This document shows, piece after piece, positions 41,607 through 50,040 of a stretch of DNA of 56,672 bases. The notes beneath the pieces are model-generated. The model saw nothing but the letters and a program-made list of their open reading frames with translations. It was not told the DNA's origin and did not search any database. The stretch's first letter is position 1, and each line of letters opens with the position of its first letter. The DNA is from Patescibacteria group bacterium (lineage in GTDB: Bacteria > Patescibacteriota > Minisyncoccia > Minisyncoccales > CG1-02-41-26), in NCBI GenBank assembly GCA_023474835.1, contig JAMCXQ010000005.1:1-56672 (forward strand), in the 5' to 3' direction. A program made the translations under genes and the position numbers.

Positions 41607-43208
41607 ATGAAACATAAATTTTTCAATAAAGAAATCACCGGAATATTTACGATACCTTCCGGCATTATTTCAACCGAAGTATCGGTGATTGAGAAAATCG
41701 CCAAAGAGATTCCTGAAGTCGGTATACTTACTACAAAAAGCATTGGGTTAAAACCAAAAAAAGGAAACAAAGAGCCGATTATAGCGGAGTATGCGCCATT
41801 TTCCTTTATTAATGCCGTCGGGCTTTCCAACCCGGGGGTAGAAGAATTTGAAAAAAAACTATCAAAGATAAAAACTCCCGATGATAAATTTTTATTAATA
41901 TCGGTTTTCGGGGACAGCGTCAATGAATTTAGAGAAATCGCAGAAAGGTTATACAATTGGGCAGATGGTTTTGAATTAAACATTTCCTGCCCCCACTCCG
42001 AAAAATATGGTCAGGTCATAGGGCAGGATGAAAAATTAGTGGGAGAGATAACGAAAAAAGTTGTTTCTCTTGGGAAGCCGGTATTTGTTAAGATTTCAGC
42101 AGGTTTAAATATCAAAGGGATTGTGGAATGTGTCGTGAGAAAGGGCGCTTCCGGGATAACAGCGATAAACACCAAGGGCCCAGAATTATTTTTGCGCAAT
42201 AATTCTCCGATTCTTTCCAATAGAACAGGCGGAATTTCCGGGAAGGCGATTTTAGAACTTGGTTTAAAAAGCGTAAAAGAGATAAGGCGCATTACGAACT
42301 TGCCCGTGATAGCATGTGGTGGCATTACGACGGCTGAAGATGTGAAAAGCTACAAGCAGGCTGGAGCGGACTTTTTTGGGGTAGGTTCCGCATTAGCGGG
42401 AATGAATACAGAAGAAATAAAACAGTATTTCCACCAATTGTTTTTGGATTTAGAAAAAGAAACGAACAACGCGACTGCCCTGTTAAAAGATAAGTTGAGA
42501 ATGGGATATAAAGAGTATAGAGTAATGGAAAATCAACGAATATCTGAAGATTTATTTATTTTAAAGTTAGATAGCGGCATAAATACAGAAACAGGGCAAT
42601 TCATTTTTGCTTGGTTGTCGGGAACAGGAGAAAAACCATTTTCTATTTTCGACGATGACCCTTTGACTTTGCTTGTTCAAAAAAGGGGCTGCTTTACGAA
42701 TGCGTTATCAAAATTAAATAGTGGGGATAATTTATATATAAGAGGACCATACGGAAACTCTCTAAACATAAACGGGAAAATTTTGTTGGTGGGTGGTGGA
42801 ACCGGTATCGCAGCGCTTTACCTGTTTGCTAAAAGGAATAAGAAAATAACTGCCATATTAGGGGCAAAGGATAAGAATCACTTGCTTTATGCTGAAAGGT
42901 TTAAGTTGGTATGTGAAGAACTTTTCTTTGCCACAGAAAATGGCGAAGTGGGTTATAAGGGTTTGGTGACGGATAAATTGGAAGAGATTATAGAGAAAAC
43001 ACGGCCTGAGTATTGCATAAATTGCGGCCCGGAACCTATGGTAAGAAAAGCCATAAAAAAGGAAAGTAAATATATGAATCCGGAGAAAATTTATTCTTCA
43101 ATAGATTTTTTAACGAAATGCGGGGTTGGCTTATGCGGAAGTTGTGCGACTTCAAAAGGTTATAGAAGCTGTATTGACGGTAATTTTTTAAAAAATGAAC
43201 AAATTTAA
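41607..43208 (+). CDS. pyrD: fused dihydroorotate dehydrogenase (class 1B-like catalytic PyrD) and PyrK-like electron-transfer subunit
   Basis: N-terminal part: NAVGLSNPGV, ELNISCPH, ITAINT and IACGGI. C-terminal part: LLVGGGTGIAALY and an Fe-S ligand cluster, CGVGLCGSC. Confidence 0.75.
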   Translation: MKHKFFNKEITGIFTIPSGIISTEVSVIEKIAKEIPEVGILTTKSIGLKPKKGNKEPIIAEYAPFSFINAVGLSNPGVEEFEKKLSKIKTPDDKFLLISVFGDSVNEFREIAERLYNWADGFELNISCPHSEKYGQVIGQDEKLVGEITKKVVSLGKPVFVKISAGLNIKGIVECVVRKGASGITAINTKGPELFLRNNSPILSNRTGGISGKAILELGLKSVKEIRRITNLPVIACGGITTAEDVKSYKQAGADFFGVGSALAGMNTEEIKQYFHQLFLDLEKETNNATALLKDKLRMGYKEYRVMENQRISEDLFILKLDSGINTETGQFIFAWLSGTGEKPFSIFDDDPLTLLVQKRGCFTNALSKLNSGDNLYIRGPYGNSLNINGKILLVGGGTGIAALYLFAKRNKKITAILGAKDKNHLLYAERFKLVCEELFFATENGEVGYKGLVTDKLEEIIEKTRPEYCINCGPEPMVRKAIKKESKYMNPEKIYSSIDFLTKCGVGLCGSCATSKGYRSCIDGNFLKNEQI

Positions 43209-43228
43209 AAACAATTTTTCCATTAAAT

Positions 43229-43576
43229 ATGATTGAAAAAACTTTTAACGACAAAAAATATTACGGATTGACCGAAGAAGAATGCAGGAAACTTTTGAAG
43301 CTTGGGGGCGAGGCGATAAAGAATACTTATCCCGAAAGCAAACAAGGCTTTTCCGTTGCTTTACCGATAAAATTAAAACTGCAAAAAACAACCAGGGTTA
43401 AGCCAGCAAAACCCTTTGCTTTTGACCCGACTTTCCACAAACCCGACCATTTTACCTCGGGGGATAACTACTGGGAGCCGGGCGTTCGCTGGCAAGCCTG
43501 GAATTGGCAGGGGAAATGCCTTGGCATTAAGTTTTCAAACAAAGGAACCGCGCTGCCAGTCCGCTTGTTGAAATAA
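43229..43576 (+). CDS. hypothetical protein (possibly degenerate)
   Basis: The ORF contains the right copy of the 50-nt repeat (43364-43413, PIKLKLQKTTRVKPAKP). The DNA that follows (43577-43860) reads as broken frames. Confidence 0.35.
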   Translation: MIEKTFNDKKYYGLTEEECRKLLKLGGEAIKNTYPESKQGFSVALPIKLKLQKTTRVKPAKPFAFDPTFHKPDHFTSGDNYWEPGVRWQAWNWQGKCLGIKFSNKGTALPVRLLK

Positions 43577-43883
43577 AGATTTACGCCAAAGACAAGTTGG
43601 CGGGAGATTTTGTTGATTCACTGGTTGGAGAAATAAAATATCTCTATAATTTTGATTTAGACCTTGCTGATTTTTACAAAATTGTTTTTTGGCCGCAGCC
43701 CGGATAATCCCGCGCCGGTTGAAAAACTGCTGAGGCATTTTGGAAAGTACGGAAAATACAAGCAGCTTGTCGTGCACTATATCTGGGAAGATTTGTTCTG
43801 GAAAAGAAAAAATGAAAAAATCCCGTGGCTGAAAAAAGAAATCCGCGTTTAACGGCGTGCTGCGCCGTTTTCTTTTTAAAGAT

Positions 43884-44440
43884 ATGAAGAAATCAATCTG
43901 GGGCAAAGGCGATAAAATTACGCTTTCTGTTCTACGGAAACTAAAACCGCGAGGCGCGTGGCTTGACCTTGCGGCCGGAGACGGACGTTACGCGCCAACG
44001 TTGCTTAAAACAGTTAATTCTTTAGTTGTCGCGGATAAGGACAAAAAAATCTTCAAACTTTAAAAACTCGCGTAAGCCCAGAAAACGTCCACAGCAAGAC
44101 ATTGGATATAACGAAAGAACTTCCTTTTCAAAACGAGGTTTTCGATGGTGTTTTCTGTGCCGGAACACTGCACCTTTTTACGTTTAACATCCTGCGACGA
44201 ATATTTTCTGAAATAAACAGAGTGCTTCGACCGGGAGGCCTCCTGATTTTTGACTTTGCCGTGGACATCAAACGGCAGTATATAAAACCAACAGCCAAAA
44301 AGGAAAAGTCGCTGTATTCATACAGAAAAGCAAAGAGTATAATTTTAAAAAACCTAAAGGGCTATCGTATCAACACGAGCAAATCCCGTTTCTTTGACGA
44401 TTTGTCTGGAACTCCCGGATACTACCGAATCACAACTTGA
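43884..44440 (+). pseudogene. class I SAM-dependent methyltransferase disrupted by a frameshift in an A7 tract
   Basis: Frame 0 gives AWLDLAAGDGRY (motif I), then ..VVADKDKKIFKL*. Frame 2 continues ..NLQTLKTRVSPENVHSKTLDITKELPFQNEVFDGVF..LRPGGLLIFDF. Adding one A at 44043-44049 fuses the two frames. Confidence 0.7.
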
Positions 44441-44565
44441 TCAAAATTCTTCTTATAATTAAGATTTACAGTATTCGGCTTGAGTCCTCAAAAAAGCATT
44501 ATGTTTTATTTGGGGAGTTAAAGATTAAAAAAGGATAAATCCGCCGTTATTTAAAGGAAGAGGTA

Positions 44566-44593
44566 TTGACATTTGTAGTAAATTTATTACACT
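44566..44593 (+). promoter_or_regulatory. near-consensus promoter with near-palindromic operator-like spacer
   Basis: TTGACA (44566-44571), a 16-nt spacer and TACACT (44588-44593). The spacer GTAGTAAATTTATTAC is nearly palindromic. The ATG at 44599 lies about where the transcription start would fall. Confidence 0.5.
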
Positions 44594-44598
44594 TGATT

Positions 44599-44934
44599 AT
44601 GAAAGTTAGTTTGAGAGAAATACGCAATTATCAAACCGTATCAAACGATATTCCGTTCAGAGAGTGGTTATTTTCGCTCAAAGACAAAAAAGCTCGTGCC
44701 GCAATTTATGCGCGGATTGACCGTTTACGTCAGGGAGATTTCGGCGATTATAAAAGTTTGGGAGGGGAGATAAATGAATTAAGAATCCACTACGGCTCCG
44801 GTTTCCGTCTTTACTTTGGCGAATTGGGGCATACGATTATCATTTTGCTTTGCGGTGGAGCCAAAAAGTCGCAAAAACGCGACATAAAAAGAGCCGAAGA
44901 ATACTGGCAAGACTTTAAAAATCGCAATTTATGA
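44599..44934 (+). CDS. higB: RelE/ParE-superfamily addiction module killer protein (HigB-like)
   Basis: IPFREWLFSLKDKKARAAIYARIDRLRQGDFGDYKSLGGEINELRIHYGSGFRLYF..IIILLCGGAKKSQKRDI. Confidence 0.8.
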   Translation: MKVSLREIRNYQTVSNDIPFREWLFSLKDKKARAAIYARIDRLRQGDFGDYKSLGGEINELRIHYGSGFRLYFGELGHTIIILLCGGAKKSQKRDIKRAEEYWQDFKNRNL

Positions 44935-45272
44935 ACAAAAAATTATACAACAGAATATTAAGAAACACCGCCAGCTATCAGGAAATGTTCACAAATGACT
45001 TGAAAGATAAAGAGTTCGCCCGAATTTATCTTGAAGCCGCTTTTGGAGAATATCAAAAAGACGGCAACACCAATGCTTTGTTATTGGCGATGAAAGATGT
45101 GGCTCAAGCTCAGGGCGGAGTTGGCAAGTTAGCTAAAAAAACCACTATCAGTCGTGAACATCTTTACGATATTTTGGCGAGTAAACATAACCCTCGTTTG
45201 GACAATTGGCTGAATATTATTTTAGGACTCGGTTTTCGTATTCGTTTGGAATCGCAAGATGCCGTTGTTTAA
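44931..45272 (+). CDS. higA: addiction module antidote protein, HigA-type HTH
   Basis: The ATGA overlap with the toxin gene, plus YLEAAFGEYQKDGNTNALLLAMKDVAQAQGGVGKLAKKTTISREHLYDIL. Confidence 0.8.
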   Translation: MNKKLYNRILRNTASYQEMFTNDLKDKEFARIYLEAAFGEYQKDGNTNALLLAMKDVAQAQGGVGKLAKKTTISREHLYDILASKHNPRLDNWLNIILGLGFRIRLESQDAVV

Positions 45273-45286
45273 AACAAACAAAAATT

Positions 45287-45883
45287 ATGCAACACAACCG
45301 ACAAAAATATCTTGAAGCAATAAAGGCCCAGCTGGAGCCGAACATTTTTAACCATTCCTTGGCTTTGGAGGCGTGTATGGGAGCGATTTACGATTATTTG
45401 CAGGAAAAAGGGGAATTGAAAGCAGAGGAGCCGGCAAAAGAAGAGTGGTGCTTGGCCGGACTAATCCACGACGCTGATTTTGGCGGCGAGTTTAAAGCCG
45501 AGCATCCGCGAAAAACCAAAGAAGCCTTGGCCAAATACGGCTTGGAGTTGCCGGAAGTTTTGGAAAAAATCGTTAAAGCGCACGCTCCCGAGCTGACCGG
45601 AGTCAAGCCCGTTTCCAAAGCCCAGTGGGCGATAATGTGCGCTGACAGCCTGACCGGCCTAATCGCGGCCGTGGCTTTTATTTATCCTTCCAGAAAGCTG
45701 GCCGATGTGAAGTTGTCTTCGGTTTCAAAAAGATTTTTAAAAGAGCCGAAATTTGCCGCGGGCACCCGAAGAGACGAAATAGCTTTGGCTGCCAGGCCCG
45801 ACGGTTTGAACATACCAGTGGAAAAATTTATCGAGATTTGCCTTGCGGCAATGCAAAGCATTGCCGGACAAATCGGGCTTTAA
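45287..45883 (+). CDS. HD-domain protein
   Basis: Start set at MQHNRQKYLEAI. The HD dyad is LAGLIHDADFG. Confidence 0.65.
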   Translation: MQHNRQKYLEAIKAQLEPNIFNHSLALEACMGAIYDYLQEKGELKAEEPAKEEWCLAGLIHDADFGGEFKAEHPRKTKEALAKYGLELPEVLEKIVKAHAPELTGVKPVSKAQWAIMCADSLTGLIAAVAFIYPSRKLADVKLSSVSKRFLKEPKFAAGTRRDEIALAARPDGLNIPVEKFIEICLAAMQSIAGQIGL

Positions 45884-45888
45884 CAAAT

Positions 45889-46251
45889 ATGTCCTATATC
45901 AATTCAGCGCATTTTGGCGAAATTATAATTGACAATAAAAAATACGGCCAGGTTTTGATTATTGGCGGAAACGTTTCGGAAAGAAACACGGCAAAACTGG
46001 AAAGTATCTACGGCTCAACTCATAAAATAGGGGATTGGGAGGTTAAAGAGCTTGTTGGCGGCCAGCCTGACACGATTATCGTTGGCACGGGCTGGGATGG
46101 CGCTTTGGAGGTAGGCGGCGAGCTGAAAGAAAAAGCGCGAAGTTTTGGCATTAAGCTTATTGTAGAGAAAACACCGCAGGCAATGCAATCGTTTAACCAA
46201 AAAGCGCAATCCAATAAAAAGGTTAACGCTTTAATCCATACTACATGTTAA
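45889..46251 (+). CDS. Mth938-like (DUF498) domain protein
   Basis: Start set at MSYINSAHFGEIIIDNKKYGQVLIIGG. Also IIVGTGWDGALEV and LIVEKTPQAMQSFN. Confidence 0.6.
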   Translation: MSYINSAHFGEIIIDNKKYGQVLIIGGNVSERNTAKLESIYGSTHKIGDWEVKELVGGQPDTIIVGTGWDGALEVGGELKEKARSFGIKLIVEKTPQAMQSFNQKAQSNKKVNALIHTTC

Positions 46252-46261
46252 TCAATGTTTT

Positions 46262-46876
46262 ATGGCTAAAACAATCATTATTTTTATCGTTATTATAATT
46301 GTCGCTGCTGCTGGAACCGGCGGTTATTGGGTTTGGCATAAAAGCCAAAAAACAACAATTACCGCAAGTCCGGTCCAGCCAGCTGAAAGCTCGATGGAAA
46401 ACCAAATAAACAACAACCAGAACGACAGCCAGCCCGTTTTTAAAATATCCAGCACTTCGTTTGGCAACAACGACGTTTTGCCTGTAAAGTTCACCTGCGA
46501 CGGAACAAACGTAAATCCTGAAATCAACATTGAGGGGGTGCCTGCCAACGCGCAAGGTTTGGCTTTGGTGGTGAACGACCCGGATGCTCCGGCCGGAAAT
46601 TTTATCCACTGGCTGGTTTGGAATATTCCCGCTTCAACGCAAAAAATAGCGGAAAATTCAACGCCAGGCAAGAGCGTGGTTGGCGTGAACGGTTTTGGCA
46701 AAAATAAATACTCGGGTCCCTGCCCGCCTAGGGGCTCGTCGCACCGCTATATTTTTACGCTTTACGCCTTGGACAGGGCGCTGGACATACCAGGCAGCAG
46801 CAATAGCATTAATGCGGCAACAACAAACCATATTATTGCCAAAGCAAGGTTAACGGCTGTTTATAAAAGAGAATGA
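46262..46876 (+). CDS. YbhB/YbcL family Raf-kinase-inhibitor-like (PEBP) protein, membrane anchored
   Basis: VVNDPDAPAGNFIHWLVWNIP, GPCPPRGSSHRYIFTLYALD. Confidence 0.85.
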   Translation: MAKTIIIFIVIIIVAAAGTGGYWVWHKSQKTTITASPVQPAESSMENQINNNQNDSQPVFKISSTSFGNNDVLPVKFTCDGTNVNPEINIEGVPANAQGLALVVNDPDAPAGNFIHWLVWNIPASTQKIAENSTPGKSVVGVNGFGKNKYSGPCPPRGSSHRYIFTLYALDRALDIPGSSNSINAATTNHIIAKARLTAVYKRE

Positions 46877-48630
46877 AACAAAACACCAAACAAACGTTAA
46901 AATACTTTTGGCAGGCGAGCAGCCGGTATAAAATCTCGGTGTTTTTTATTTTTGTTTCGGTTGTCGGGGGCTCTTTGGCCGGAATGATAACCCCGCTTTT
47001 TTTCCGGGAATTTTTTAACGTGCTGGCTGCCGGGCTGGACAAAGTTTTGGCCGTTAAGCAGCTGGTTAAAATTTTAATTTTCATAGCCGGCGTGAGTTTG
47101 GTTGAATGGGCTTTTTGGAGGGTGTCCGGGTTTATAACCGTGCATTTTCAGTCCCGGGTAATCGCCGACCTTAACAACCAGTGCTTTGAATATCTGCACA
47201 AACATTCTTATTCGTTTTTCAACAACAGTTTTGTAGGCAGCCTGGTTAAAAGGGTGAAATGGTTCGGCAAAGCGTTTGAGCACATTGCCGATAAAATTTG
47301 TTGGAATATTCTGCCCTTGACGGTAAGCATCGTGGTTGCCACTTGGATTTTGCTGAAAAGGAACATCTGGCTGGGGCTTGGCATTTTGGCCTGGACCGCG
47401 GTTTTTTTGATTTTGAACTGGCTTTTTGCCCGGTACAAGTTGAAATACGACATTGAAAGGGCCAGCAAAGAAACCGAAACAACCGCTGTTTTGGCGGATA
47501 CCATCACCAACAACGCGAACGTCACTTTGTTTGGCGGCTATCAAAGGGAAGTGAAACTTTACCGACAGGTAATGGAGGCCTGGCGGAAAATCACAAAATT
47601 TTCCTGGAATTTGAGCACGTGGTTTGAGGCGTTGCAGGGCCTTTTGGTAAGCGCTTTTGAGATAGGGGTTTTTTACGCCGCCATTGTTTTGTGGCAGAGA
47701 AACGTTTTGACTTTGGGCGATTTTATTTTGGTGCAGGCTTACCTGATAACTATTTTTAACCGGGTGTGGGATTTCGGCAAGGTTGTAAGGACAATTTACG
47801 AAAGTCTGGCTGACGCAGAGGAAATGACCGTTATTTTGCAAACCCCCCATGAAATTCAGGACATTCCCAAAGCCAAAAAGCTGGTTGTCTGCGAGGGTAG
47901 AATTGAATTCAAAAACGTTGATTTTTACTACCACCAAACCAGAATGGTTCTGCGGAATTTCAATTTTGTTGTTTTGGGCAAAGAAAAGGTGGCTTTAATC
48001 GGGCCTTCGGGCGCGGGGAAAAGCACGGTGGCGAAGCTGGTTTTGCGTTTGCACGACGTTTCGGCCGGAGAAATTTTAATTGACGGGCAGAACATCGCCA
48101 AAGTCGCGCAGGAATCCCTGAGGCAAAACATTGCCTTTGTGCCCCAAGACCCGATTTTGTTCCACCGGACGTTGATGGAAAACATCAGGTACGGCCGGCC
48201 CCAGGCCGTTGACCAGGAAGTTATCAAAGCAAGTAAAATTGCCCATTGCCACGAATTTATCAGGGATTTGCCGCAGAGATACGCCACTTTTGTAGGCGAG
48301 CGGGGAATAAAACTGTCGGGCGGGGAGCGCCAGAGAGTGGCCATTGCCCGGGCAGTTTTGAAAAATTCTCCGGTTTTGATTTTGGACGAAGCCACCTCCA
48401 GCCTGGATTCCGCTTCGGAAAAACTAATTCAGGAAGCGATAACCGAGCTGATGAAAAATAAAACCGTGGTTATCATTGCCCACCGGCTTTCAACCATACG
48501 CAAAATGGACAGGATTGTGGTGATTGACAACGGCGGCATAACCGAGCAGGGCACCCACCACCAGCTTGCCCGGATAAAGGAGGGCCAGTACAGAAAGCTT
48601 TGGGAATTGCAGGCCGGCGGCTTCAAATAA
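46873..48630 (+). CDS. ABC transporter permease/ATP-binding protein (MsbA-type exporter)
   Basis: 6-TM N-terminal domain, GPSGAGKST, LSGGERQRVAIARA and ILILDEATS. ATGA overlap with the upstream gene. Confidence 0.88.
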   Translation: MKQNTKQTLKYFWQASSRYKISVFFIFVSVVGGSLAGMITPLFFREFFNVLAAGLDKVLAVKQLVKILIFIAGVSLVEWAFWRVSGFITVHFQSRVIADLNNQCFEYLHKHSYSFFNNSFVGSLVKRVKWFGKAFEHIADKICWNILPLTVSIVVATWILLKRNIWLGLGILAWTAVFLILNWLFARYKLKYDIERASKETETTAVLADTITNNANVTLFGGYQREVKLYRQVMEAWRKITKFSWNLSTWFEALQGLLVSAFEIGVFYAAIVLWQRNVLTLGDFILVQAYLITIFNRVWDFGKVVRTIYESLADAEEMTVILQTPHEIQDIPKAKKLVVCEGRIEFKNVDFYYHQTRMVLRNFNFVVLGKEKVALIGPSGAGKSTVAKLVLRLHDVSAGEILIDGQNIAKVAQESLRQNIAFVPQDPILFHRTLMENIRYGRPQAVDQEVIKASKIAHCHEFIRDLPQRYATFVGERGIKLSGGERQRVAIARAVLKNSPVLILDEATSSLDSASEKLIQEAITELMKNKTVVIIAHRLSTIRKMDRIVVIDNGGITEQGTHHQLARIKEGQYRKLWELQAGGFK

Positions 48631-48820
48631 GTGCGCGCATATTAGATTTTTAATCATATGGATTCATACAAAATAATGTCGTTTTGCATTCTGCTTATCG
48701 CGGTTTTCGCTATCGTGGCGTTTTTCAGCAAATAAGCGGGGCATCCGTTAAGCTTTCCGGCAACTCGCTTACCGGAGGTTTTTTGTTGCGCAAAAACATT
48801 GAAAGTAGTAGAGTAAAGTA

Positions 48821-50035
48821 ATGGAAACAAAAAAACAAAACAAACAGCCGCTGGCTGACAGGATGAGGCCCGAAACGCTGAACGATTTTTTGGGCCAGGA
48901 TGAAATCGTTGGGCAGGGCAAGCTTTTGCGGGAAGCGATATCTCAGGATAAAATTCCGTCAATGATTTTCTGGGGGCCGCCGGGCAGCGGCAAAACAACC
49001 TTGGCTTTGATAATCGCCGGACAAACCCGGGCCGATTTTATCAGGTTCAGCGCGGTAACGTCGGGCTTAAAGGATTTGAGAGAAGTGATTAAAAAAGCCA
49101 AAACAAACGAATGGCAGAGCAAACGGACCGTTTTGTTTATTGATGAAATCCATAGATGGAACAAAACCCAGCAAGACGCCCTGCTCCCTCACGTGGAAAA
49201 CGGGCTGATAACTTTAATCGGCGCCACCACCGAGAACCCGAGTTTTGAAGTGCGGGGCGCTTTGTTATCCAGATGCCGTGTTTTTGTGCTCAAACAACTG
49301 ACTAACGGGCAGATTGCCAGCATTTTACAGCGGGCGATAAAAGACAAAGACAGGGGGTTGGCCGATTTGAATTTGCAGATAGAAAACGATGTTTTAAGTA
49401 AAATCGCGCAAATGTCAAATGGTGATCCGAGAATTGGCTTGAACGTTTTGGAGTATGCTTCAAGCATTTCCCGAAAAATAACTTTTGCGATTGTTAAAGA
49501 GGCGTTTCAGAAATCGTATTTGCTTTACGACAAAGACGGCGACGAGCACTACAACATTATTTCCGCTTTGCACAAGTCAATGAGAGGGGGAGACGCCAAT
49601 GCCGCTTTGTATTGGCTTTCAAGAATGTTGGAAGCCGGGGAGGACCCGCTCTATATCGCCCGGAGGCTTATCAGGTTCGCTTCAGAAGATATCGGTTTGG
49701 CAAATTCAAAGGCGTTGGAGCAGGCGGTAGCGGCTTTTACCGCGTGCCACTACATCGGCCCGCCTGAATGCAACGTTATTTTAGCCCAGGTTGTTGTTTA
49801 CAATTCGTTGTGCAAAAAATCCAACGAGCTTTACATTGCTTACGGAAAAGCCAAAAAAGACGTGGAGGATTTCGGCAACTTGCCTGTGCCTTTGCATATA
49901 CGCAACGCCCCGACAAAGCTGATGAAAGACCTGGGCTATGGCAAAGATTACAAATACAGCCCCAATTACAATTACCAGGAACAGCAGGAATATTTTCCCG
50001 AGCAATTAAAGGGCAGAAAATATCTGAAATTTTGA
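48821..50035 (+). CDS. rarA: replication-associated recombination protein A
   Basis: PLADRMRPETLNDFLGQDEIVG, GPPGSGKTT, LFIDEIHRWNK, ATTENPSFE and HYNIISALHKSMRGGDANAALYWL. Confidence 0.92.
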   Translation: METKKQNKQPLADRMRPETLNDFLGQDEIVGQGKLLREAISQDKIPSMIFWGPPGSGKTTLALIIAGQTRADFIRFSAVTSGLKDLREVIKKAKTNEWQSKRTVLFIDEIHRWNKTQQDALLPHVENGLITLIGATTENPSFEVRGALLSRCRVFVLKQLTNGQIASILQRAIKDKDRGLADLNLQIENDVLSKIAQMSNGDPRIGLNVLEYASSISRKITFAIVKEAFQKSYLLYDKDGDEHYNIISALHKSMRGGDANAALYWLSRMLEAGEDPLYIARRLIRFASEDIGLANSKALEQAVAAFTACHYIGPPECNVILAQVVVYNSLCKKSNELYIAYGKAKKDVEDFGNLPVPLHIRNAPTKLMKDLGYGKDYKYSPNYNYQEQQEYFPEQLKGRKYLKF

Positions 50036-50040
50036 ATCTT

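Noticed and set aside
43535-43906. 123-aa minus-strand ORF and 62-aa plus-strand ORF (43664-43852) in the decayed region after 43229-43576
   Set aside because: The plus-strand sequence here reads as several broken frames, with no intact ORF that has a start signal. I could not assign any fragment confidently enough to annotate.
49768-50040. N-terminal extension of the P-type ATPase ORF
   Set aside because: It overlaps the 3' end of rarA in another frame and is Arg/Gln-rich nonsense. The membrane protein starts cleanly at the ATG at 50041, 6 nt after the rarA stop.
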